The notes under the pieces are model-generated. The model ran no database searches and was not told the origin of the DNA. It saw only the letters and a program-made list of their open reading frames with translations. A stretch of 28,256 nt of DNA, taken from the IMG/VR virus record IMGVR_UViG_3300037245_003526, positions 216,297 to 244,552 of that record. One strand, 5' to 3'. Positions 1 through 7,923 of the stretch are shown here, in pieces. The DNA comes from a virus. The position numbers were made by a program, and so were the translations under genes. Positions within the stretch are counted from its first letter, which is position 1. Every line of letters starts with the position of its first letter.

Positions 1-236
1 AGTACTACTGCAACAGGAGATGAAGATACAATTCTGGTATCTAATAATACTACAATAACACTACCTTTAGCATCTAGTAGTGATAAAAGATTAACAATAA
101 TTAATACAGATGGAAATACAACTACTATTAATAGAGCTGGATCGGATACAATTGATGGTGCAACATCAGTTGTAATGAATACACAATATAGTACAATAGT
201 TTTATTACCTGAAGGAACTACGTGGCATGAAGTATA
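1..236 (+). CDS. 5'-truncated CDS; Thr/Asn/Ser-rich C-terminus of a structural (tail-fibre-like) protein
   Basis: Frame 1 is open from base 1 to TAA at 234-236 (...ITLPLASSSDKRLTIINTDGNTTTINRAGSDTIDGATSVVMNTQYSTIVLLPEGTTWHEV*). The T/N/S-rich composition typical of fibre or receptor-binding tips, and the position just before the lysis genes, suggest a structural role. No motif-level identification. Confidence 0.45.
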
Positions 237-252
237 ACAGGAGGACAATGTA

Positions 253-543
253 ATGGCAGATTATAGATTTGAATCAGTGCAGTCAGATATAGACGAACTA
301 GAGGGAAAATATAGAGAAACTATTTCGTCATGGACTGGAGTAACTGATCCTACATACGGTGATTGTTATAGAGCTACTGTAGCACATTCTTTAGATCCAG
401 TTAATAGTGCCCATAACGTTACATTTTGGGATACAGGTACTAGCGAACAAATTATTCCATTAGCATGTAGAATTGTTGATGCTAGTTCATTTTATGTTTT
501 TATGCCAGTTAATACAGTAACAGTACAAGTTGTTGCCAATTAG
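253..543 (+). CDS. hypothetical protein (96 aa)
   Basis: AGGAGG sits 8 nt upstream of the ATG. It directly follows the fibre-like gene. A fibre chaperone is possible but unsupported. Confidence 0.6.
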   Translation: MADYRFESVQSDIDELEGKYRETISSWTGVTDPTYGDCYRATVAHSLDPVNSAHNVTFWDTGTSEQIIPLACRIVDASSFYVFMPVNTVTVQVVAN

Positions 544-569
544 TCGAAAACTTTGACGGAGACTCAAAT

Positions 570-869
570 ATGTTAAATCAATCTAGTAAACTAGTACAGT
601 CAATTTTGGAAGGAATAAATTCCGATTCTACAAAAGATACATTATCTATGTTGAGTAATCTTATTGAAGTTTTAGAAACGAAAGAAGATCCAGAATTAGA
701 AGAAGTTAAACTTGTAGAAGACGTTCATATCTTTATTGAAAAATTAAAACTTCTAGAAGCAAGACTTAGAAATTATATTAAGGAATCAAATAAAACCCTT
801 CCAGGAAATAAACTTGCCTCTCTCTATGAAAAACTTTCTTATAATAATGGTAGTATTTACCACGATTAA
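570..869 (+). CDS. hypothetical coiled-coil protein (99 aa)
   Basis: ORF with a weak GGAG RBS, same orientation as its neighbours. Confidence 0.5.
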   Translation: MLNQSSKLVQSILEGINSDSTKDTLSMLSNLIEVLETKEDPELEEVKLVEDVHIFIEKLKLLEARLRNYIKESNKTLPGNKLASLYEKLSYNNGSIYHD

Positions 870-901
870 TTAGACCTTTTTTTGATGTTAGAGGAGGAAC
901 T

Positions 902-1387
902 ATGTTACGATATATGAATAGATCTATTTTGAGCGCTCCAAATTTTAAGTATAGAGAATTTATAAAATCAGACACAGCAACAAGATATAATATTAAAAAT
1001 GAACCAACTGATGAGCAATGGCAAAATATAGAAATAGTAGCATCACAAATTATTCAACCAGTTCGAAATGAATTTGGTGGAATAAGAATTACATCAGGAT
1101 TTAGAAGTCCTGAACTTTGTGAAAAGATAGGAAGTTCTAAAAAATCCAATCACACAAAAGGGCAAGCAGTTGATTTTGAACCTATAGATAACGTTCCTAT
1201 GATTAAAATATTGGAGTGGATTTCAGAAAATTGTGAGTTTAGAGAACTTATAGCTGAATTTTTTCCAGACGGATGGATTCACGTAGCATATAGACTTGGT
1301 GGTAATATTGGGAAGATAAAACTAAAAGATCCAAACCATAATTATGAAGAAAAAAATATAGAATATATCCGTTCAATATACCAGTAG
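902..1387 (+). CDS. peptidase M15 family (L-alanyl-D-glutamate peptidase / VanY-like), probable endolysin
   Basis: Strong RBS GAGGAGG. Zn-ligand pattern SGFRSPE...SNHTKGQAVDFEP...GWIHVAY (H-x-x-G-x-A-x-D plus a distal His), as in T5-type endolysins of the M15 family. Confidence 0.7.
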   Translation: MLRYMNRSILSAPNFKYREFIKSDTATRYNIKNEPTDEQWQNIEIVASQIIQPVRNEFGGIRITSGFRSPELCEKIGSSKKSNHTKGQAVDFEPIDNVPMIKILEWISENCEFRELIAEFFPDGWIHVAYRLGGNIGKIKLKDPNHNYEEKNIEYIRSIYQ

Positions 1388-1403
1388 TTTACAGGAGATA
1401 CTA

Positions 1404-1859
1404 ATGGCAGATCAGAATCAGCAGGCTATGTCGAGGGATGATCTATTCCTATTAATGCAGAGTTATGAAAATACAGTTCAACTTAATACTACACTTCTAA
1501 ATCAACATCAAAAATTATTAGATGATAGTAAATCTCTTTTAGAAAAACATTCAGATATTATTATTAACCTAAATTCTTTAGCTGATAAACAACAAAAAAT
1601 TTCTGAAAAAAATACAACTATAATTAATAAAATAACAACACTTTCAGAACACCATGAGAGAAACATAGAAAATATTGACATAAAGATCGACGATCACAGA
1701 GTAGAAACCCTAAAGGATCATAATCAGCTCAAAACAAAAATTATAGTTATTGGTGCATTAATTGGTACTGTAGGAATTACACTATTAACTCTAATAGGCC
1801 AAATGTGGAGTAAGTATGAAATACTGGAGGCCATAGCAAAATCGTTAGGAGTTAACTAA
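1404..1859 (+). CDS. coiled-coil protein with one C-terminal transmembrane helix; possible holin/spanin-like lysis accessory
   Basis: AGGAGA RBS. The N-terminal ~110 aa are coiled-coil-like, followed by a hydrophobic stretch IIVIGALIGTVGITLLTLIGQMW. It sits directly after the endolysin. Functional call is inference. Confidence 0.55.
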   Translation: MADQNQQAMSRDDLFLLMQSYENTVQLNTTLLNQHQKLLDDSKSLLEKHSDIIINLNSLADKQQKISEKNTTIINKITTLSEHHERNIENIDIKIDDHRVETLKDHNQLKTKIIVIGALIGTVGITLLTLIGQMWSKYEILEAIAKSLGVN

Positions 1860-2701
1860 TGAATGATACTATATTTATTTTAGATGACGAAGACCAATTC
1901 TTAGAAATAATGAAATCATTTCTAATAGGAAGTGATATACCATGTAATGTTAGTACGTTTACAAAACCAGAAGACTTATTATCACAAACAAATATTAAAG
2001 ATGTAGATTTATTTATTATAGATATTAATCTAAAAACTGCACTTGATGGAAGAGAAGTATGTTCTGAAATACTGAAAATAAATAAGTATGCTGTATTTCT
2101 TTTTAACTCTGGTTACGATTATAATTATAATTCATTTATAAATCTTGATTGTACATTTGATTATATTCAAAAACCTGTTACTCACCCTATAATTATTAAT
2201 CGAACAAAAACTCTTCTTCATCTTTCTAAAGAACTTAAAAAAATAAATAAAACAAAAAAGAAAATTGAATTGAGTTTACGAGATATTTTTGACTATTCTG
2301 ATATCTATTTATTAGTTCTAAATTCAGAAATGGAAATACGATTATGTAGTTATAGATTATCAGTAGATTTAGGATTTGAATCTTCAGATGAAATTATAGG
2401 AAAAAATTGGACTAAATTTCTTCCTATTGAAATGGCTCCTCTAAAAGATCTTTTTAGTCCAGAAAGAAAAAAAATATTTAATGAATTTACTAATGATATA
2501 CAAACTAAAGATGGTAAAAGAATTCCTACTAAATGGTTTAATACAAGAATTAAAAATGGTGAAATGTGGACATTTAGTATTGGTATCCCATTAACAAAAG
2601 AAATAACTAAAGAAGATAGTATTGAAACAATGAGATCATATTGGGAAGATATTATAAAAAAAGATAGAACAACAATTAACGTCTTTAAAGACTTAATGTA
2701 A
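1859..2701 (+). CDS. CheY-like receiver domain fused to a PAS-like domain
   Basis: The ATG overlaps the upstream TAA. Receiver signature: acidic pocket ILDDED, phospho-acceptor DLFIIDINL..DGRE, S/T in FLFNSG, and conserved YIQKP (K-P). The C-terminal half has PAS-like DLGFESSDEIIGKNW...KDGKRIPTKWFNTRIKNGEMWTFSIG. Confidence 0.65.
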   Translation: MNDTIFILDDEDQFLEIMKSFLIGSDIPCNVSTFTKPEDLLSQTNIKDVDLFIIDINLKTALDGREVCSEILKINKYAVFLFNSGYDYNYNSFINLDCTFDYIQKPVTHPIIINRTKTLLHLSKELKKINKTKKKIELSLRDIFDYSDIYLLVLNSEMEIRLCSYRLSVDLGFESSDEIIGKNWTKFLPIEMAPLKDLFSPERKKIFNEFTNDIQTKDGKRIPTKWFNTRIKNGEMWTFSIGIPLTKEITKEDSIETMRSYWEDIIKKDRTTINVFKDLM

Positions 2702-2706
2702 TAGTA

Positions 2707-2747
2707 ATATGGATTATTTAGATTTAATTAAATGATCCATATTTTTT
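2707..2747 (+). terminator. rho-independent terminator hairpin
   Basis: ATATGGAT-(20 nt loop)-ATCCATAT followed by TTTTTT, 6 nt after the receiver-PAS stop. Confidence 0.5.
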
Positions 2748-2833
2748 CCGTCGAAAATAACCTCGTATTTACACCTTATATTTGGAACAAATAACCAATA
2801 GGATTTAATCAATAAAAGTGAAAAGGAGAATCT

Positions 2834-3709
2834 ATGAAACAAATCGAAGATGTGAAAATTTTAGTAGTTGGCGATATTATGTTAGATGAATATATAGTTG
2901 GAGATGTTAATAGAATTTCACCAGAAGCTCCAGTACCAATAGTTACTGTTAAAGATACATATTATAAACTAGGTGGTTGTGGAAACGTAATATCTAATCT
3001 TTCAAATATTGGAGCTAGAGTATCTTGTGTAACAGCAATAGGTCAAGATCAACCATCGAATATTATTCTGAAAGAACTTAGAAGTTTAAATGTTGATACA
3101 GAGTTTTTAATTTCTAGATCTGATATAACAACTACAATTAAAACAAGAATTATTTCTGATGAACGACAAATACAAATACTTCGATATGACACAGAGAATA
3201 TAAAAGATGTAGATACGTCTATTCTTGAATTAACTAATGGATATGATGTAATTGTAATTTCAGATTATGCTAAAGGTATGATAACAAAACCATTAATGGA
3301 TAAACTTAAAAGTTTTGGTAATAATATCATAGTTGATCCAAAACCAAAAAATTCACATTTATATAATGATATATTTTTAATGACTCCAAACCAAAAAGAA
3401 CATGATGAAATGATGAACGGTTATTTTCCAAGAGTTGAATATGTATTAAAAACTATGGGAAAAAATGGAATGGAGTTAATAGAGCAAAAACATGGAAGAC
3501 AAGGTGGAATTAAAATTAAATCAAAACCTGTCGATGTTTATAATGTAAGCGGAGCAGGTGATACAGTAGTAGCAATTATATCTCTTTGTTTAGCATTAGG
3601 TAACGACTTATATACCTCTGCTAAAATAGCAAATGAATGTGCCGGTTATGTAGTAACCCAAACAGGAACCTCAATGGTGCCAAGAGAATTTTTTAAGGAG
3701 CTATTATGA
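2834..3709 (+). CDS. D-glycero-beta-D-manno-heptose-7-phosphate kinase-like (HldE/RfaE domain I, pfkB/ribokinase fold)
   Basis: AAAGGAGA RBS. The N-terminus ILVVGDIMLDEYIVGDVNRISPEAPVPIVTV is nearly diagnostic for RfaE/HldE domain I. Also present: DYAKG, IVDPKPKN, and the C-terminal pfkB anion-hole motif NVSGAGDTVVAI...AGYVVTQTGT. At 291 aa it is kinase-only; there is no adenylyltransferase domain. Confidence 0.75.
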   Translation: MKQIEDVKILVVGDIMLDEYIVGDVNRISPEAPVPIVTVKDTYYKLGGCGNVISNLSNIGARVSCVTAIGQDQPSNIILKELRSLNVDTEFLISRSDITTTIKTRIISDERQIQILRYDTENIKDVDTSILELTNGYDVIVISDYAKGMITKPLMDKLKSFGNNIIVDPKPKNSHLYNDIFLMTPNQKEHDEMMNGYFPRVEYVLKTMGKNGMELIEQKHGRQGGIKIKSKPVDVYNVSGAGDTVVAIISLCLALGNDLYTSAKIANECAGYVVTQTGTSMVPREFFKELL

Positions 3710-4443
3710 AGAAAATTATATTAGTTTTATTTATATTATTAGTAAGTATATGCTCCTTAAGTTATGCAGATATTACTGTACAATGGGACGCAAATACAGA
3801 ACCTGACTTAGCAGGTTATAAAGTTTATTATGATGAAATATCACAGTGTCCAGATGGAGAAGATACATGTACAAATCCTAATTCATTATATACTGGTACT
3901 GGAGCAGTAGAGGGATCATCTCCTATTATAATAAATGAAACTCTATCAAATCCAGAATTTACTTTAACCGGACTTGATTCTTCAATAGATTGGTTTATAT
4001 CAGTTACAGCTTTTGATAATGAAACACCTGCTTTAGAAAGTGATCTTTCAAATCAGGTGGTAGCTTTAAAAGATATTATTACACCTCCTGATATTATTCT
4101 TGAAGAAACAACTTTGTTATGGGATGCTAATACAGAACCTGACTTAGCAGGTTATAAAGTTTATTATGATACAAATACAGGAACTCCATATAGTGGTACT
4201 GGAGCTATAGTATGGGGTGTACCAGCTGATTCTCCAATTATCATTCCATTAACTGCTCCTGGATTTGATCCTACTAATCCAGAGATTACACTAAAACTTG
4301 ATGGATGTATAACATGGTTTTTTGTAGTTACAGCTTATGACACTGAAAATCTTGAAAGTGATTATTCAAACGAAGTTTCAGATCCAGATGGTTGTCCACC
4401 TGAACCACCAACTGGAGTGATAGTAGTAATAACTCCAATATAG
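3706..4443 (+). CDS. secreted protein with two fibronectin-III-like repeats
   Basis: ATGA overlap with the upstream stop, and an AAGGAG RBS. N-terminal signal peptide MKKIILVLFILLVSICSLSYA. Two ~110-aa repeats share WDANTEPDLAGYKVYYD...SPIII...W..VTA.D.EN.ESD.SN.V. A 48-nt DNA tract is near-identical at 3787-3834 and 4123-4170. Confidence 0.65.
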   Translation: MKKIILVLFILLVSICSLSYADITVQWDANTEPDLAGYKVYYDEISQCPDGEDTCTNPNSLYTGTGAVEGSSPIIINETLSNPEFTLTGLDSSIDWFISVTAFDNETPALESDLSNQVVALKDIITPPDIILEETTLLWDANTEPDLAGYKVYYDTNTGTPYSGTGAIVWGVPADSPIIIPLTAPGFDPTNPEITLKLDGCITWFFVVTAYDTENLESDYSNEVSDPDGCPPEPPTGVIVVITPI

Positions 4444-4457
4444 TGAAAGGAAAAATA

Positions 4458-4988
4458 ATGAAACCAACGAATGAAATGAAAGAATATTTTGAACTAAGAA
4501 CCAACAGTCATATTAATATTGTGCAACTTAGTATGTTTTCTTTAATAAATAAAAAAGTTCATGAGAAGTATAATCTTAATAAAATTAATTTAATAAGTAG
4601 AGCTGATATACATGATAAATCCAAATTTGGTGATGTGGAATATACTCCATATGTTTGGTTAACAGAATTTTATCGAGCTAAAAATAATAACGAGCCTTTT
4701 AGTTATCCAGATGGAATGGAAGATTTAATATTTGATGCTTGGATACATCACTCTGAAACTAATCCTCATCATCCAGAATATTATCATAATTGTATTAGAA
4801 TGTCAGAAGAAGATATGGTTGAAATGGTTTGTGATTGGAATTCTATGTCACAGGAATATAATCAATCTCTTAAGAAATGGGTAGATGAAAATATTGATAG
4901 AAAATGGAAATTTAATAAAAAAAATAAAAAGTTTATTTATGAGATAGTAGAAATATTAGAACAAAAACTAAATACAGATATACTTTAA
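4458..4988 (+). CDS. possible HD-domain phosphohydrolase
   Basis: The ORF track starts at GTG 4443. An ATG at 4458 with an upstream AAAGGA fits better. His/Asp pattern: H(INIV)...RADIHDKSKFGD...DAWIHHSETNPHH...VCDWN. Weak motif-level call. Confidence 0.5.
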   Translation: MKPTNEMKEYFELRTNSHINIVQLSMFSLINKKVHEKYNLNKINLISRADIHDKSKFGDVEYTPYVWLTEFYRAKNNNEPFSYPDGMEDLIFDAWIHHSETNPHHPEYYHNCIRMSEEDMVEMVCDWNSMSQEYNQSLKKWVDENIDRKWKFNKKNKKFIYEIVEILEQKLNTDIL

Positions 4989-5001
4989 AAGAGGTAGCTA
5001 T

Positions 5002-5772
5002 ATGTTACAACTAGACACTAACAAAAAAAGAATACTTGAATATAAAATAGATATTCAAGGAATTGATTATAAAGAACTTGAAGGTGTTTTAAAATTTACA
5101 ATAGAAAATGTACATTATGGATTTCCATTAGAAATATTGTCTGATAATATTTTAGCAGAAGTACCTCCATTAGAAACAATTGTAAAGAATCTAAAAGATA
5201 AAGATATCATAAAATGTAAACTTGAAGTTTATGGAGAAGGTTTTTATTTGAATCCATGGTCAGGTGAATTTCAACTTGCAAAACCAGTTAAAGTAGAAGC
5301 TGCTCTTAAAGGTGAAGATGAAATTGAAGGTAAAGCTGTTACTGCTACATTAGTTGAAAAAACTAACAGACCTAAAGAAGATATAAAACCTGAAAATATT
5401 GACGAATCTGAAAAGAAGAAAGTTCTAACTAAATTATTCAAGAAAATAGAAGCAGCTCCTAAGAAAAAATTAATATCAGAGAAAGTACAATCAAAACTAA
5501 CAGAAATGAATAATCTTGTTGATATGTTTACAAGTTCATCTCTAAGAAATATAAAGAATATACCAAAACCAGTCAAACCTAAAAAAATTATGGTAGAAAA
5601 TGATCCATTGGCTCTAATGGCATCATTTGGAATGAAAAATAAAAATATTCAAGAAAGATTATTAGAATCTATTGGAGATAATGAACCAGATGAAGTTTGT
5701 AGACAACTTAGAAAAATGCTAGGAAATGAAAATCAAGATTCAATTTCATTATATTCTAAACTTCGAGGATAA
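5002..5772 (+). CDS. hypothetical Lys/Glu-rich protein (256 aa)
   Basis: AAGAGG RBS, long ORF, no recognisable motifs. Confidence 0.6.
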   Translation: MLQLDTNKKRILEYKIDIQGIDYKELEGVLKFTIENVHYGFPLEILSDNILAEVPPLETIVKNLKDKDIIKCKLEVYGEGFYLNPWSGEFQLAKPVKVEAALKGEDEIEGKAVTATLVEKTNRPKEDIKPENIDESEKKKVLTKLFKKIEAAPKKKLISEKVQSKLTEMNNLVDMFTSSSLRNIKNIPKPVKPKKIMVENDPLALMASFGMKNKNIQERLLESIGDNEPDEVCRQLRKMLGNENQDSISLYSKLRG

Positions 5773-5775
5773 CAA

Positions 5776-6123
5776 ATGATACTAGATTCATATTTACAAT
5801 ACATTCAAAAAGAAGAGACGTTGCAAGAATTTATAACAGTCCCTATGATTGCTATATTAGTAAAAGTCTATACCAGACATTTAAGTAAAGCTGCCAAGGC
5901 ATGTATCGGACATACAAGAGTCTCAAAAACAATATGTATATTAGAATATAGATTAAAAGCAGCACAAAACATTCAAACCGATTTAAAGAAAATTATTGGA
6001 AAATGTAGAAGTTCTAAAAATCCACAAAAATGTGTTTTAAAAGTTAATAATCGAATAAATTATTTTAAACGAAAAGAACAAAAAATAAGACAACAACTAT
6101 CAAAAGCATATCAGAAGGTTTAA
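5776..6123 (+). CDS. hypothetical basic protein, member of an 'SYL(D/Q)YIQ' N-terminal motif family
   Basis: GAGGA RBS. N-terminus MILDSYLQYIQKEE is shared with the ORFs at 6125 and 12685. Confidence 0.55.
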   Translation: MILDSYLQYIQKEETLQEFITVPMIAILVKVYTRHLSKAAKACIGHTRVSKTICILEYRLKAAQNIQTDLKKIIGKCRSSKNPQKCVLKVNNRINYFKRKEQKIRQQLSKAYQKV

Positions 6124-6124
6124 T

Positions 6125-6544
6125 ATGAATAAAATTACAGAATCCTATTTAGATTATATTCAGTCTGAAAAATATACAATCAAATCTGCTATAAAAGCTA
6201 CTGGAAAGTCTGTAGCCACTATGGCAAAAGGAACAAGTAAAGCTGCTTTAAGTGCAGTGACATTACCTTATAAAGTAGCTAAAGGTGTTGGTCGTGCCGC
6301 AGAAAAATCAGGTGAAATTTATTATAAAAGAGAAAAAAGAATAAGAGATAGAAAAATTGCAAAAAAAAGAAGAGCAGAAGCAAGAAAAAAGTTTGTAGGG
6401 AAGCTTAAATCAGCAAAAGCAAAAGTATCAAAACATGCACCAAAGGCAGTTGTCGCTGGTTTAGCAGGTATTGCAGCACATCAATTATATAAGAAATATA
6501 AACAATATAAAAAAGGTAAAGATAGCGAAAAAAATGAAGAATAA
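6125..6544 (+). CDS. basic Lys/Ala-rich protein (histone-H1-like tail), 'SYLDYIQ' family
   Basis: N-terminus ESYLDYIQSEKY, then a K/A/R-rich body (KRRAEARKKFVGKLKSAKAKVSKHAPKAVVAGLAG...). Confidence 0.6.
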   Translation: MNKITESYLDYIQSEKYTIKSAIKATGKSVATMAKGTSKAALSAVTLPYKVAKGVGRAAEKSGEIYYKREKRIRDRKIAKKRRAEARKKFVGKLKSAKAKVSKHAPKAVVAGLAGIAAHQLYKKYKQYKKGKDSEKNEE

Positions 6545-7112
6545 TATAATTAAAAATTATTTAAGTTTAATTCAAGAAGGTTACCTATTTTCGGATAAAA
6601 CAATAAGTATAGATCTTAATAAATTTGAAAGTGGAGAATCTAATACATTACTCGTAGTAGGTCTTATAGGTTCTGGTAAAACAACGTTAGGAAACTATCT
6701 CGCAAAAGAATATAAAGCACAATCCCTTCATACAGATAAATGTATTGCTTGGACTATAGCAGAACATCCTCCAAATAAAAAATTAATATCTGAATATTAT
6801 AAATGTATTCTAAAAATGATTAATTCTAATAAAAAAAGTGTTGTTGAAGGAACTGGTTTAATAGATCTAATGTTAGATAAAAAAGAATTGTTTGATTATC
6901 CAATGATTATAATTGGAAAGTCTGCCTTAGCAAGTTCAATTCAGTCAATGTTAAGAAATAGAAAAAATAAAGAAGAAAAGTTTTGGAGATTAATTTCCAT
7001 TCATACAAGATTGAATTTTAAAACTTTTTATAAAAAAATATTAGAAGTAAGAAAAGAAAGATTAAAAATACCTGGAGCAGTCATAGAAGAATATAAGGTA
7101 CCTAAATTATGA
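6534..7112 (+). CDS. P-loop nucleotide/polynucleotide kinase-like protein
   Basis: The track ORF starts at 6471 inside the previous gene. The ATG at 6534 overlaps the upstream stop by 11 nt and gives MKNNIIKNY... Walker A LLVVGLIGSGKTTLGNYLAKEY in a ~190-aa protein, consistent with a dNMP-kinase / PNK-kinase-like fold. Confidence 0.6.
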   Translation: MKNNIIKNYLSLIQEGYLFSDKTISIDLNKFESGESNTLLVVGLIGSGKTTLGNYLAKEYKAQSLHTDKCIAWTIAEHPPNKKLISEYYKCILKMINSNKKSVVEGTGLIDLMLDKKELFDYPMIIIGKSALASSIQSMLRNRKNKEEKFWRLISIHTRLNFKTFYKKILEVRKERLKIPGAVIEEYKVPKL

Positions 7113-7136
7113 ACTATCTAATGAACAGGAGAACTA

Positions 7137-7406
7137 ATGGCTAAACGCAAATCTTGTAAGCTTTGCACAGTTAAGAGAAAACAATGGGAAGAGGAAAACT
7201 TTTTTGGAGTTAATTGTAGGAAACATTTCGTACCTTTAATGGTAGTAAAAACACATAAGAAACGATTAAGTCCAGAGGAGAAAATTCAGGTTAAATTATT
7301 TATTGAAAAATATCATAATGGTATGTTTCCAGATAAATCGTTCAATGATTCAGAAGAACATTGGCACTTACATTTAACAAAAAAAGACAAGGGAATTAAA
7401 ATATAA
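7137..7406 (+). CDS. small Cys-containing basic protein (89 aa), possible zinc-binding
   Basis: CAGGAGA RBS. CKLCTVKRKQWEEENFFGVNCRKHF. Confidence 0.5.
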   Translation: MAKRKSCKLCTVKRKQWEEENFFGVNCRKHFVPLMVVKTHKKRLSPEEKIQVKLFIEKYHNGMFPDKSFNDSEEHWHLHLTKKDKGIKI

Positions 7407-7422
7407 TTCCCAAGCTTTTTTA
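7391..7422. terminator. bidirectional terminator hairpin
   Basis: GGGAATT-aaaatat-AATTCCC perfect 7-bp stem spanning the 7137..7406 stop, with an A-run upstream and a T-run downstream. It lies between convergent genes. Confidence 0.5.
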
Positions 7423-7425
7423 TTC

Positions 7426-7686
7426 TTACTCATATGATTCAGAACAAATACTACAATTCTTATCCAGGTCTAATTTAATTCCTCCGCAGCACATCCAAGA
7501 ATCTGGTTCATCTGGATTTTTATTATTAAGTCCTGTTAAGTCTATCTTTTTATGTCTCTTTATATAATCTAAAATAACATTTTCTATCTGTAGTGATTTT
7601 ATAATTGTACTAGATCTTATAGAATCTATTATTTCTCTACTCATTGTCATTGCATCTAATCTTGTAATCTCAGCTGTTATGGTCAT
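7426..7686 (-). CDS. hypothetical protein (86 aa)
   Basis: The track begins at TTG 7689. The ATG at 7686 has a strong RBS (AATGGAGGAtattgATG). Confidence 0.5.
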   Translation of the reverse strand: MTITAEITRLDAMTMSREIIDSIRSSTIIKSLQIENVILDYIKRHKKIDLTGLNNKNPDEPDSWMCCGGIKLDLDKNCSICSESYE

Positions 7687-7773
7687 CAATATCCTCCATT
7701 AAAAAAATTAATAAAATACTTTATCTATTTATTAATATATATACTTAAGAACATATATAAAAGGAGAATTATT

Positions 7774-7923
7774 ATGGATCTATATATAGAGCATATAAAG
7801 AATATTTTAAAAGAACCAAAAAAAATAAATCTATCAGAAGTAACCATCACTAATAAAGATTTATTTATAATAAATGAAATCGCTAGAAAAGATGAAAAAC
7901 TTTTTCAGATTGGAGATGAATAA
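7774..7923 (+). CDS. small ORF (49 aa) below the track size cut-off
   Basis: AAAAGGAGAattattATG at 7774. Translation MDLYIEHIKNILKEPKKINLSEVTITNKDLFIINEIARKDEKLFQIGDE*. Its TAA overlaps the ATG of the next gene (TAATG coupling). Confidence 0.4.
   Translation: MDLYIEHIKNILKEPKKINLSEVTITNKDLFIINEIARKDEKLFQIGDE

Noticed and set aside
778-975. Track ORFs lying antisense or out of frame within longer, better-supported genes (778-975-, 5271-5576-, 10243-10563-, 12974-13186-, 17007-17264+, 17484-17729-, 17545-17769+, 17775-18005-, 18749-18931+, 19846-20085-, 20817-21323+, 21918-22130+, 22495-22791+, 22971-23183+, 23655-23906+, 25266-25460+, 26358-26690+)
   Set aside because: Each overlaps a longer ORF on the opposite strand or in another frame that has a proper RBS and operon context. 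Several are low-complexity mirror images of AT- or GCA-rich coding DNA, for example the poly-Leu ORF antisense to the Lys/Ala gene. No RBS support.
6471-6533. Long N-terminal extension of the P-loop kinase ORF (track start 6471)
   Set aside because: It would overlap 74 nt of the upstream Lys/Ala-rich gene. The ATG at 6534 yields a compact protein beginning just before the Walker A region.
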